This document shows, one piece after another, positions 26,222 to 40,824 of a stretch of 64,000 nt of DNA. Origin of the DNA: Xylographa opegraphella. Taxonomy: Eukaryota. Below the pieces are notes generated by a model. The model ran no database searches and was not told where the DNA came from. It saw only the letters and a list, made by a program, of their open reading frames with translations. The DNA lies in contig JALDZX010000011.1 in assembly GCA_022813865.1 (NCBI GenBank), forward strand, positions 186,001 through 250,000, written 5' to 3'. The translations under genes were made by a program, and so were the position numbers. Within the stretch, counting starts at the first letter, position 1. Each line of letters begins with the position of its first letter.

Positions 26222-28485
26222 GACTGCGAGAAGGTCTTGCAGGCAGGACTGATGTTGCTGTTGGGCGGTGGACTGACCAGTGTTGTTAAGGTTGTGACGC
26301 TGGATGATAAGGATAAGGTAGAAGGGAGGCAGCGGCTGTTGGAGTGAGGTACAGCAAGTGTTATATCGTCTGGTCCAGTGCTCCAGGAGATGGTCCGTGA
26401 GCTGCCTGGGGGGGGAACGATTGAGGCTGTGGATGTTGGAATGGAATCGGAGACGGAGAGGGTCGGCGGTATGTCGGAGAACATATACTTGTATTGTTCC
26501 TGACAGCTGCGCTGGACTAGCAGGCACTAGCAGGCTGGCCGACTTCGAGTCGAGGCGGGCGATGAAATAGTGGTGTGGGGAGGAGCCGAGCAGGCATTCG
26601 CAGTCAGGGTCAGCACGCAGGGGAGGGGGGGTGCTCGTCGTCCTGGGTACGAAGTAGCTGGTGAACCGGGACCGTCGACGCTAGACGGGCTCTCCTTTGG
26701 CTTTCCTGGAGCAGGACGTTGCATTTCAGGTAAACGCGGCACTGCCTCTCTCGAATTATGTATGGAACGATTTAGCACTGTGTGTGGAATTAGCAAACAG
26801 GGGTCAGTCGAGGTGAGGTAAGGTAGGTTGAGGTAAGGTAGGTTGAGGTAAGGTAAGGTAGGTAGGGTATGGGAAGTCTGTGCAGGGGGGTTGTTGGGGG
26901 GGGCGGGTGGGGAGGGGGGATATGCGTGGATGTTTAGGTGGCTCATGATAGGCTAGCGCGTATCTGAGCCGCTGTGGTGGGGGGGGGTTTCGAAGGCAGG
27001 ATGGGGGGGGTGTGCAGACACGCTAACTAGATAACTCACCTGTGCACGCCAGACCCCTGCCTGCTGTGTCCCGTATCCCTGCTCCCCCATGCACCCCCTC
27101 CTCCCCCCCTTCACCCTCCCTCGCTGTCCCCCCTACTTCGAGCTTTTTTGGGGGCTCGCCGTTGCAGTTTAAGCGGGAATCCACTAAGCTGCTAGGGCGG
27201 TGTTGGTGCCTGCCCCCGGGATGGGACGGTCCCTCGAGCGCGGAAAGTCTACCTAGGATGCACACATCGACTCGCTGACTAGCGACACTTTTAGTGCCTT
27301 CAATCATACTTCGGCGAGGTGGGCGAAAATGCGATCTGCCCCGACTCTACCAACAGGAACAGTGTGGTATCATAGTAGGTAGTCCTCGTGTCAGAATCGA
27401 CCCCAATCACCTCCCCATGCTCGCCGTTCTGGGAACGCCTTTAGCCTCCAAATCATCGAATCCTTCCAGGTGGGCGCAGTCGTGACGCTGTCGGCCAATC
27501 GCACCACGAACCAAGTCGTGTCATCCCGTCCTGTTTCTTACCGCTTAGGTGTTCCTGTATCCAGCTGTATCAGGTCATCATGCATCCATCGTACGAACAT
27601 CAGTCATGCTCATGCACCACGGCCGAATCGAACGCGGCTTCCAAACAATGCGATCATGTTCGCGATCAAACGCCAACGCTGCCGTCCCCCATTGCGTCAA
27701 TGCTTGACGACCAAGGTGACGACGCATGGACCGACGCCCGAGAGGCAGAGACAAGCACCAGCTCGTGCGAGACAGATGGAATGGCCGTCGAACACCCGCC
27801 ACGGCTTGCCCAACCTCATCGTCCCCACATCTCCGGCTAGGGCGTCGCGGGCATGGGAAGCTGGAGTCCGGATTGCGTATTACAAAGTACGCGGGGCTGA
27901 AAAGTCCGACTGCACCAAAGAACAACCACCCCCCCCGGTCCCGAATATTACATAGTACATACGGAGTAGTACGGTACCTGTACCAGGCATTCAAACTTCA
28001 TGGTGGCGACCGACGCACATCTTGCCCTTCTCCGTGCTCCGCTGACTCCGTGCAAGAGTGCACTCATTCTTCGACTGTGTCCACGAGGAGCCGATCACTC
28101 CACATGTTGGGGCTGGGCTTCTGGTACCGACCTGGTGGATCTGATCCACCAACACGCGCGCTGATCAACCGGTGCCATCGTCAGACAACGTGGTCGAGCA
28201 AGGAAGATCACCGTCGGAATGAGGCCCAGCTGACGCACCTTTCTTCCCCATTATTTCTCTAGGCCTGATGATGGGATGATAGGCAGAATTCTGAAACCGA
28301 TTCATCCGGTTACATCCAGACAACCCCCCCCCCCCACTCCCATCCTCTTTTCCCTGGCGCCCGTGGTCGTCCGCCCGCGTTACACGCTTCTCGTAATTTA
28401 TACTTTTAGCCTCGTCGCTGGGGACGTCCTTTCCTCTCCTATTTCTTACTACCTAAGGTATGCATCCCCAGCCAAATGCGATCTG

Positions 28486-31400
28486 CTATCTCCGGTCGTG
28501 ATCATATCGCGCAATTAGTCCGTCCACCTGAGCGCTCAGCTTCGCGATCGTCTGTTTCATGTCCGACAGATCGTTCGTCTCCGTTGCCCTTGGGCGTGCG
28601 TCGGCACTGCCCGCTTGAACCAATGACGCTTCAGCACGGCCCGTAAGCGCTGCCTTTTTTGCCTTCCGCGACGAGCTGATTTTGCTGGCAAAGATAGACT
28701 GCTTCTGTAATTGCGACTTCGATTTGGAATTCCAGCCATTATCATCGCGCTGCAAGTATTGCGATGCATGTTCGTAAATCATTATGGCAGTCACGCAAGG
28801 GAAATGCGTCGCCTTCAGCAGCATGATTCGCACGCTGCGCAATCGTTCCGCAGGCACGCACAGCCGTAGCGGCCGTAGTAGGATAAGAGGGAGCAGGTTA
28901 CTGAGTTTCCACCAGCTGTTAGCAGCTTTCTTTCTTCAAAGTGGCTCCGTTCTTTGCTTAGGTAAGATTGGTATCGGCAGGATTTTCCGGCAGTACGCAG
29001 TGCGCCGAGCTACTTTTGTAATGGCGGAAGAGTTCCAACAGCCCAGTCAGGGTTACCCCAAGCAGGACGACAGATGAAATCTCGGGAGGTCCAGCCCTGG
29101 AGGAGCAGGAACTCTGTCTCAGAGTTTGTACCAGGATCCAAGGAACCACCACAATCAGATAGCTATCGTTCGCGCGAAGAAGCTTACATTACGCACGGGA
29201 AGCTTGCTCGCTACGTATTTCATATCAATGCAGGCAAAGTGTAATGCGACTCTCATCGCTACCTGGATCACTGCAGAGGCGGACACATGAGGCAATAGGA
29301 CGGAACACCAACACACAACATGTGAAAGGGTGACGTACAGTGGTGGGAGATAATAGGTTAAGCGCCTGGATGCGGACGCCTGGCAATGTTAGAGTGCAAG
29401 CAGACCTATCGATCAATTTTGCAGGATCACTTACTTCGAGCACAAAGACCGAGTACCTGAAACACACCGATAAGCGCGCTTCCGAAATACCAGCAATTCA
29501 CGACCACTTACTGAAATAGATACTCCTCCCGTGCATGATCCATAACCTATCATCGTGAATATAGCATCAGCCCTCGTCTCTTGGAAGCATGGATTGTAAG
29601 CCCTCCACGCCAAGCATCGTGATTGTGGTACGGTGTGACCGCGGCAGGAGTCTGGGCAAAGTGCTCATGTCGCACGAGTGCGGGAGGCTCATCGCATGCG
29701 CGGCAGAGTGGCACATACCTTAGTGAGGCTGTTACTGAGAAGACTGATAAGAGAGGTAATCAACAGAATGTTGGTCATGCACACGAAAATGAGCATCAAC
29801 TGGCAGCAAAGTCAGCCTTGGGAAGCACGGTCAACCCGTGACAATTTCTGTATGCGTGGAAGCAAGAGCTAATGCATACTGGAGGACCGAAAATTGGACT
29901 GATCTGGACAGGAAATCGACAAATGTTAGCCGACCAATCAGAAGCCAGAGTCGCCACAATTTGGACTTGGACGCTAGACCTACTTTGGTGGCGATGTCCT
30001 TGGCACGCATCAGCATCAGTTGTATCGCCGGAACGACCGCAGTTGAAGCAGGCCATCGTCACTCACAAAGCCCAAGTAACTCGACCTTCATCATCAAAAT
30101 TAGCTCATTGGCCAGTCGTGCCGTAGTCGGAAGGACATAGCCTCACCCAAAGAAGACGTTGATCAAGGTCCACGACATCTGCGTAAATGTGTACTCGTGC
30201 CGAGCGAGTAGTGTAAATGTCGTCAGAAAGCCTTGACTTCCTTTTCAGCGATAGTAGCTTTTGGCCGGCAGCAGGGCATTCTCTTACCCATGTATAGAAT
30301 GATAATCAGAACTAGAAACTTGACAAAATCCTTGGTCTGTCGGTACGCCCGTAGTTAGCGTTCGTCCTATATGCAATCGGTCTCGCCGTGGTGTTGTACC
30401 ATCTCTTTCAGACATGGAATCTAATCACCGCAGTATTAGCAACACGGCTTTTTAGTGGCAATGAAGCTTACCAAGGTCCCAAAGAATGGGTTGAGGCTGA
30501 GTAGGGCGAATGTTCTAAGAGCCGCTGGTCAATACTTGACTCGAAGCATGGTGAAAAACAAGGGATGCAACCTTGGAACCAAGAAGAGTGCCTCCAAGGA
30601 GAGAATATCGAAAGCCGTGTTCATGACCTCGTCCGTATCTCCCATGGCAAGGCCAATAATTCCTGATATCGAAGCAGATCAATTGATATTCCACGTCAGG
30701 ACGGAGAGGTCAAATTGCATCCTCCTATAATACACGATCTATCAAGGAGGAGAGTGACACTCACTTGCAACCAAAAATGCAATACCAACTAAGATGATGG
30801 CAAGGTCCCACAAGCTCCAGAAATCGGCGGCATAGAACAGCGTTCCAACATCCCGGAACTCTCCAAACTCGTCGTACGCAAAGGCCGCTATCCAGATATA
30901 CAATAGAACTTCGAAAACACCGACACGTTCGGGATGTCGCTCCAGTAAGACTGCATAGTAGAGGGCGAGGAAGGTGGCAAAGAATAGAGCCTCGAATACT
31001 TTCTGATACTTAGGAACGCGTAGCCTCGAGTATGGGTCTATCGACTGCCTGTGAGAATTAATAATACATTAGTAATTCGATATCATCATAGAGATATAGT
31101 TGGGATAGGAGGCTCCGAATTGGGTTCAGTGATAACAGTGTGAGATGACTTCTGACGAAAGATAACGAGAGGCTGGCGCGCAGACCTGTGGTTGTACTTC
31201 CGTGCCTTTTTCTGGGTCTGTACATTCATGGAATCCCAAAAGATGATATCTCCATGCCATATACCATTGACAACCTTCTGGACGATCCTCTGGCTCAGAA
31301 ATCGCTTTGCATCTGCGACAGCAGCTATTTCGAGTGCGTTAAGATGCACAAATGGCTTGGTCGGGTCGTCGTCTTCTTCTTCAGCAGTAAGTGCCTGGCC

Positions 31401-32063
31401 ATCGGGAGTTGAGTCTTTGAAACCGGGAGAGTGATCTGGAAGCAGTCTGCTGGTCTCGTTATAGTCATCATCGAGATGGGCTTCGTCCGGGTAACCGACA
31501 TGGCCGTTGGCACCGTGATTTGATGTTTCAGCAGTATTGGCTTTCTTTGGTGGCGGTAGCTCATACAACAGATAGTCAACAATTTCTGGTTCTGACAGAT
31601 GACTAAGAAACCGCCATGCCACAATCTCACAGACATGAGCTCGTGTATCATTAATGCCACGGTCGTCAGGTTCCAAAGCAGAATAGTGCCATTTGCAGAC
31701 TCTATAAATGATGAGTACTGGATTCAATGACAGATTGGTAAGCTTACAAGAGTGCTGCAATTATATTGTGATGGTGACACCGGTCATATAGTGATGATAT
31801 AAGTGGCTTCAATAAGTAGACCCCTTGAGCGCCTCGGAGTTGTTCCCACGTATGAGGCACATCAATTATGTCCTCAATATAGCTAGTACACAATCAGTCC
31901 ATGTTCCACAAGTTCAAGAAGTATATTCATACATCGACAGATCACGCACTATCTCGGCGAATGGTTCAGTTTCCTGGATATCTGGCAAACTAGGCGCCCA
32001 CTCGGAGATGCCTGTCCGGGGTCCTTCCGAATTCGTGGTTGGGGTGTATGGTACGGAAGCCAT
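28486..32063 (-). CDS. TRP/YVC1-like non-selective cation channel, about 17 exons
   Basis: Manual splicing gives a continuous frame: LPDIQETEPFAEIVRDLS, CEIVAWRFL, LNALEIAAVADAKRFLSQ, YSRLRVPKYQK, TM helices, MTNILLITSLISLLSNSL, HAREEYLFQYS, YYLPPLNLLP, C-terminal coiled coil. Confidence 0.85.
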
Positions 32064-32598
32064 CACCCAAGACAACAATGGTATGAACAATAACAAATTG
32101 ACACACCAAATGAAGACAACGCTGCCCGAAAGGCGGGACTGATATATGGCGAAAGAGTACAGCTGTGCACTTCGACACGACTGGGTTTGAAAACGTGGAG
32201 ATGTTGGTGATTTTCACATGGGATGTTCCCGCCGCTACTGTCGGTAATCTTTACCCCTGCACTAAACTTATCTAGTGAGACGGTGTCATGCGAAGCTTCT
32301 CGGCTTACAATTGGAAAATATTGTCTCAAAGACACGATCGTGATATAACATTGTAGCTGCTTCAACGGTGAGTGTCTAGACCTTTCGGAGAACAGTTGGA
32401 TTAAACATGCTCGCCAAAAGTGCTTACAGTAGCCATCTGTATGTCAGAATCGCATCTGCGCCGTCGAACTCAAGAAACAACAAACATTTTTTATCAAGAA
32501 GATACCCTTCAAGTCAAGACTCCGAGGCTTTATACATTTACTCACCATTATTTCCTTTATGGCCGATATTCATTTGATCTCAAAGCGCTGCGCTTTGC

Positions 32599-32976
32599 TT
32601 GTGCTTCATTGGATGGTTTATACTCTGGTTTTCCATATGGCAAGCTTTTCTGGGAAGAATCAGCTCTCTACATCCAACACCGCTTTGCTTATTCAGACGC
32701 CTGCCGGCCACCCTCCTTAATGACTTCGAAGGTGGCTTAATTTCAAAATCTTGGTCACGCGAGGCCAGAAGAGTTCCACCCAGTCTGTGAAATAACCATG
32801 CTCCTACGATTTTCTGGCGATTTATTGTAGATCATCGTTGGACCCTGAATGTGTGGTTCGACAAGTACAGGTTGGACTGGTATCGCTCGAACAACCGCAT
32901 AACCGCTGTTGCTGTTTCGATAGGAGACGTCGTGTTAAATACCATAGTCCCGACGATAGTGTTGCCATTCCACTAG
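32599..32976 (+). pseudogene. Possible decayed small secreted protein
   Basis: Hydrophobic N-terminal segment and protein-like sequence continuing in the same frame past one TGA (32788-32790) to TAG near 32976. No good ATG. Confidence 0.2.
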
Positions 32977-33840
32977 GTGTCTCTATGTTATAGTGACAAG
33001 CTCTGTAGGGACGATATCAGAATAAAAGGCTTGTAAAGGTAGTCTGCATAGGTCTCAACCGCATATTTCATTGACATAGTCAATGTGAGATAGAGTCCTT
33101 GAGTCCAATGCAGAAGTGTAGCACCGCTCTCGGCGCCGAACGATACACAGCTTTGAAAGACGGTCCTCAGACTAGAAGACCCCGGCACTACTGCTTGAAA
33201 GTACAAAAATGCAAAGACTTGATCCGCTGGGTTTCAAGGATGAAGCAAGGCCTGGTGTAGAGCCTTTGTTGTTATACTGATCTCTCCGACGATTTAACCC
33301 CATACACAGGACTCTCGGGTTCATAGCCTTTAACCTAGTGTCGTACTGCGGCGGGTATTAGACCCGAGTTGCAGAATTTGTTGAGGGATGTGTTAAGTTC
33401 CTCTTGAGCTTGTTATAGTGTGCAAGATCTACATAAGCTGTCCGACATAGCAGCCGACTATCACCAACTCCTATAAAAGGTTACATCATGTTATAACTTA
33501 TGAACCTTAGAATTTGATTATTGTCTGTTGTGTTCTTTTTACTCCGCATTACAGCATGCTGTTCACCTATTGCTTGCACGACTACGTGTTGCTTGCAGGC
33601 GATTGTACACAGTTTGAGGACATCTTCTGTAATACACTCCGTTTTACAGGACAGAAGAACTTTCAAGCAGACCTAACCATCCGTAACATGTAAGCCTGAG
33701 AATTACCTCGACTCAGAACAATTTCACCAGATACTCTATTCACGATCCATCAACGAATCAATTAGTCTATAGCCAAAGGCTTGCAAGGTTGAGAAATACC
33801 ACAAAGTTGACAAGCAATGTAGCTTCGACCGGCTGCGTAG

Positions 33841-35857
33841 CTAATACTCGTCATTCGTCATCCTACGGATCGTCCTGTTCATCTGCGCAGTTAAGTTAGT
33901 TTGAGAGTCATTCTGCAAGTTTACGAAGAAAGCAAAGCGACTTACTCGCCTGACAATCCTCTGTACAGCACTGGATACATTCATGAGCTCCAACTCGGTA
34001 TCCCCGCTAATTTTGAAGTCTTGCAGACTGAGTGTTTTTGACTCTTCTTTGCCAGAGCCTTCGGTTTCGTTGCTAGTTGTGTCGGAGCTCTCAGCATTTC
34101 CGCTAGCGCTAGGAGAGGGGACATGCTTCTGTAGTACTGCTGGTGGCCTTCGTACATGTTGGGAAATGGCTTCGTAATACCCTTCTGGCATTGTCTATCA
34201 AGAAGTTATGATGGAGCTATGGGAACATTGATCGTACTTCACGGATGATATGGAAGAATTACCTTGCGTGTATTGTTCATCTGATTGGCGCTCCGCCTTG
34301 TGTTCTTAGTCTTCACTTCAGCTGTTAGTTCGAGAGCCTGTTTCGGCAATTCGTTGATTACTGCTGTGCTGTACTGCTCTCTTAAGTCACCGTAGTTCTG
34401 AGGCATGTATCCCTCGAAAATTGAGGAGTTAGGCGTCCTCATCTCTTGCGTAAGAGCATCAAGTAGATCCTGATGCTTTTGACTTTGATCTGGATCCAAC
34501 ATAAGATTCTCGCTGTCTTTCATCATACTTGGTTTTTCGAGAGTTGGTTTCCACAGCAGTGCCTCATCATCCCAATCGCTAGTGGAAGATATGAACTCTC
34601 GAGCTTGCATTGAGAATAAATCTGGTGTGCGCTCATGACTTTTATCGCGAGTTATCATAGAAGCTTCGCTCGTAGTCTCCTTTATCCTGCAAAGAAAAAC
34701 GTCTGTCTCTGGATGCTGAGCATCAGATCTGGGGTCGAGTTCGTTTTTCATTCCTGTAGTTCGAAACTGTGATGAATTCAAGGATGGTGTTGGTAGATGG
34801 AAATACTTGTGTTCGGGCATTTCTGGCATCTCTGGCGTCTTCGCCCTTGCCCTCGGAGTACTCAGAGGCTTCATAACGGGCAGCTGGGGCTCGTGGTCTG
34901 GTCGAATGTTTCCTTTCCGACTCCTGTCCACCATCAATGCGGGAACCTCGTCGTCGTCGCTGCTGATCGATATGATATCGTGTTTTGTGGCAGACTGCAG
35001 GATGATCAATTGAGGTTTTCCAAAGCAAAAGATGCCACCGTTACCGTGATCTCGTTGTCTAAAACATCTGCCAGCATAACTGGGCTACGGACCTCAAGAT
35101 TCTGAAGATGTAACTCATCTAACAGATGCCGACGTCTTTTTGTAATGGCGCAGCCCACGTCCTCTACGTCTCGCGTCCTCCGATTTCGTGCTGTCATAGT
35201 CGAAGCGTCGATCTTTTCTGGCTGTGACTGTGCAAGCACACGCATAGACGTGTGCAATGGACGGCTGTGCTCAGTATCGGAATCGGGGACGTCAAACACA
35301 TCTCTCGTTCTCCAAGACGTGTTGTCGATACGCCTTGGAGAATTGGGTCGATATTGGTCGTTTCGTAGACGCCTTGTCAGCGGAAGCATTGGGGAGGATT
35401 CCATTGACATTGTCTGCGTCCCGACATTGCGTACTTTCTCATTCGTGACTGCCATTGCATTAATAGCTGATATTGGATTCATACCATGCTCGACTTTAAG
35501 CGCTCTCCTTCTCGGACTGTACTTTCTCTAGAATAGAAGGTATCAGATTCCACTTTCGGAACTATGTTGGCAGGACACTTCGAGCTTACCCTGGGAGGTG
35601 AATGACGTTGTCGGGAGATTGCAGCGTCCTCGCCGTATCGTGTCGTTGTCCTAGCTAATATGACCCTGAGGCCGGTCAGCCATACCTGATGCTCCATTGC
35701 TAGGTTTTCGCGAATTTCGAAGCAGATCATCTAGATATTCATCTAGCCCAGTGCCCGCGTATTCGGTTACAGGCATGCTTGTACCAAACAATAGTGTTTC
35801 GACTAAGATCTTGTCAATGCTTCCAGATTGGTACGATACCTGGTCATCCATTGACAT
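33841..35857 (-). CDS. Hypothetical low-complexity protein, multi-exon, possibly degenerate
   Basis: ORFs 35006-35482 and 34239-35009 join by an in-phase GTAACG...CAG intron; contains SIM-like DIISISSDDDE. The 5' and 3' parts need a frameshift or stop to join. Confidence 0.4.
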
Positions 35858-36878
35858 GTATGTTGAGATGGCGTAGAGATTAGGTAACAGTTGAGATAGA
35901 GTTTGCCAGCTTTACAAAATGTCCGGATTTAGTGAACACTAGAGAGCCACTTACACTGCTCAAATGGGAGAGAAAATTGAGCAATCATATAAGAAGCAGA
36001 TAGTGTTGAGAAGCAAGCGTACAGGTGCCCAAATTAAGACTATTGCAGGGGGGTGCTGACGTGCCATATATTGGCCATAATTTAATATGAAACAAGTTAA
36101 ATGATTGATTGTCCATCACGCAGGAGTTGAGAAATGAAGATGCGTTACAGTTATTCAGGAGATGCTAATAGCTGGAGTGAAGGATGTCATCTCATGAGCA
36201 ATATCGGGTCAGTTTTCCAGTGGATCTGCACTAAAATGATCGACTTTTCTACGTCTCAAACTGAAGGCTTGCTCCGGACAGCAGAATCCAGAATAGAGGA
36301 CAGGCACATATGAGGCCGCTCATTATTTGTAGATGCTCCTCTTTGCCGTTGATACTTCATTTGCGAAAAGCTAGCAGTTTTCTGAGAGAGGACTGCACGT
36401 CCACCTTCGATTGTCGGTAGGCATCCAGTTACCTCTATCAAGAAGAATTGCTTACCACTGCAAGCAGCATAGCGTATAACCCTTTGTCCGATCCCTTAGG
36501 GTCACGATTATCTGGAGGCTCCCTGAAGCACAGGAATCACAAAATGATTTGAGGAATCGGTGGGTGATATCGGAATGATGGCAGGCCGGGCTGGACAGAA
36601 AAGAAATACAACGTATGGGTCTAGCAAAGAATGTGAAGACTGCATGTACAGTTAAGCATGGTCAGCGCATGAAATGCAAATGGACGTGCAATGGTACGAA
36701 ACCTCCGTTTGGAAAGGAAGACATTAGCATCACATATCGTTCGCTTTTAATGCCTAACGAAGTCGCCAAATTGAAGTGTAGAAAGGCGTGATGAGTGAGT
36801 GCGCTCCTAATATACCTCGTTTGCATCTACAAACAAGTCTCGGAGCCCTCGAATCTTGTAGGCCAGAGCGCTCAAAGT

Positions 36879-38146
<1,268 letters not shown>

Positions 38147-39031
38147 GCTGAGCAGTGACTTTCAGCAAGTGATACACTCCGGTTTCCTTTGTTGTGAAGT
38201 CGACAGGAGCGGGCCGTGTTAATGTTGTCGCGTGGTCAAATAGTGCGCAATGTTGAAGCCACACCTATATCCAGTCAAGCAATAGGTATCGATATAAGCT
38301 GCGATGGAGGTTCTGGTCTCTCATCTGGTTGTATGGCCTCAAGAAAGCGGAAGTTGCAGTATGACCTAATGTGCTGTAACACAACCTTGCAAGAGTTGAT
38401 GTTGTGTGCCAGAACGGTAAGAATCCATAAGGCTGGTTCTTAGCGTCCTCCCTCGTGAACTGCCAAGCAGCTGCGTCTCGTCGCTCCATGCCTGCCTGCC
38501 TGCCAGGAGGAGGTCCGGCCTCAAGCTTCTCACGACGGCGCTGGGCTATAAGTTAATTCCACTTCGCCATGGAGCTTATTATCCCTCCAACGAATCACCT
38601 TTACCGTCAAAAGGTGTATACCAGCAGGAGTCTCGAGGAAACATGATGTCACATCTTCAATCCTTTTGCGGTAAGGCGAGGTAAGGTATCTAAGGGAAAC
38701 TTCCTAAATGCACAGCTAGCAGCTCGCTGATCGACTCTTTAATAGAGCAGACACCGGAACCGCTTTCACCGCCGTTTTCGATGCAAAGGCCTCCAATCAT
38801 ACCGGATCACTACCTCCCAAGTGAAGAACCCCGCGGCAACAGGCCCGCTTGCCGAGAATTGAACCATTACTTCGTACTGCGCCGAACAAGCCTTTTACCC
38901 AGGTAGTCCGTCATAATTCCGAAGTAAGCCCGAACACACATTTTGGTACTTGATCGATGTTTTATGTCTAATGTCCTGTTCACACCGTTAGTTGTATATT
39001 GGATTTGACTGGTGGAAATAGATTATGGAAC

Positions 39032-40589
39032 ATGGGAGACTCCCGCGACACACAATATGATGCGAAGCTGACAATACTCGAAGAATCCTCCAACAAAACT
39101 CTAATTGACGCCACTAAAGAGGACAAGCACAACGGTGATATCGTGCACTGCTCTGAGGACAATGTTCAAGAGAAATCTCCTGTCCCCACGTTGGTTGAAG
39201 CACCGCAACAGCAATGGAACCATCCCAAAATAAATGTCTGGAGGACTGTAGTGGCGTGTTATGGCTTATTCATCATGGGCATGAACGATGCGGCATACGG
39301 AGTATGTACTCCCAGAACTTAGATTGAGATTGTGCTGATCTTGGGTTTCAGGCAATCATACCTTATGTTTGTTTCCTTGCTTGTCCGAGCCAAACGACTC
39401 TAACCGTTCTGTTTAGCTCGAGGTTTACTATGATGCTACTTATACGATCGTCTCTCTCATTTTTTTGTCTCCACTGATTGGATATACAGCCTCTGCAATT
39501 TTGAATAATTACATTCATATGAAACTGGGCCAACGTGGTATAGGCTACATTGCTCCGGGTGTCCGTCTTGTTGGTTATATTGTTGTAGCTCAGCATCCAC
39601 CCTACGCTGTCTTGGTAGTCGCGTATATTCTAGCAGGATTTGGGAACGGTCTCGAAGACGCCGCCTGGAATGCTTGGATCGGCAACATGCAGTACGCAAA
39701 TGAAGTCCTCGGCTTTCTTCACGGGGCGTACGGTCTTGGAGGCACTTTAAGCCCGCTGATAGCGACGACGATGATTACCAAAGGTAAGCTGGAGTGGTAT
39801 CATTTCTACTACATCATGATCGGCATTGCTTTCACGGAGTTATGCGCAGGGGTGACCGTTTTCTGGAAAGAGAATGGGAAGAAATTCCGTAACGATCATC
39901 CACGAACGAGCGGCAAGGAAGGTGGACGGACAAAAGAAGCCCTGAGCAACCGCGTCGTATGGATTTGTGCCGTCTTCTTGCTCATCTACGTTGGGATCGA
40001 AGTTGCAATCGGAGGCTGGGTAGTCTCCTTCATGGGGACCATACGTGGATCAACGCCTTTCGCAGCTGGAATGGCCGAGACTGGCTTCTGGCTGGGAATT
40101 ACACTGGGGCGGGTCATGCTTGGGTTTGTCACAGGGAGGATTGGAGAGAAGCTTGCTATACTGGTCAGTGTCTTCTCAGCCATCGATTCATAATAACTTT
40201 ATTCAACGACTAACAACCCGCAGATCTACCTCGCCCTCGCCACCGCCCTGCACCTCATCTTTTATCTCGTCCCCAACCAATACGTCTCCTTCGTCATGGT
40301 CGCCCTCGAAGGCTTCTTCCTCGCTCCCCTCTTCCCCGCGGCAGTCGTGGCTGCCACTAAACTGCTCCCGACCCATCTACACGTCGCTGGCATTGGATTC
40401 GCTGCCGCGTTCGGCGCCGCCGGAGCTTGCGTATTGCCGTTCGCCGTCGGCGCCATCGCTCAAGCCAAAGGTGTGCAGGTGTTGATGCCGATTGTGCTGG
40501 CGATGCTCGTCGCGGATGCGGCGGTCTGGGCGCTGTTGCCGAGTCTCAAGAACACCAACGCCGTGCAGCAGGAAGATGTGAGCGCATGA
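39032..40589 (+). CDS. MFS transporter, BSC6/FucP-like
   Basis: WNHPKINVWR, GMNDAAYG, GFGNGLEDAAWNAW, LHGAYGLGGTLSPL, YVGIEVAIGGWV, FWLGITLGR; many TM segments; 15-nt exon 39352-39366. Confidence 0.88.
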
Positions 40590-40824
40590 CATGTGCGTGG
40601 AAGGTCGTACGGGACATCTTCATGGGAGTTGTGACGAGCATCAGAAATACGCCACCATATAGAAGTACATAGAGCTGCGGCCAGCCTGATAAATTGATCC
40701 ATCATATACATCGTAAGGGAAACATAATGATATTCCAATGTCTCCATCACCGCTGTCGGTTCTTTGGTGTCCTCATCCATGCGCGCCTGCACGCCGGCTC
40801 GACTAATCGATCTCGTAATCGTGA

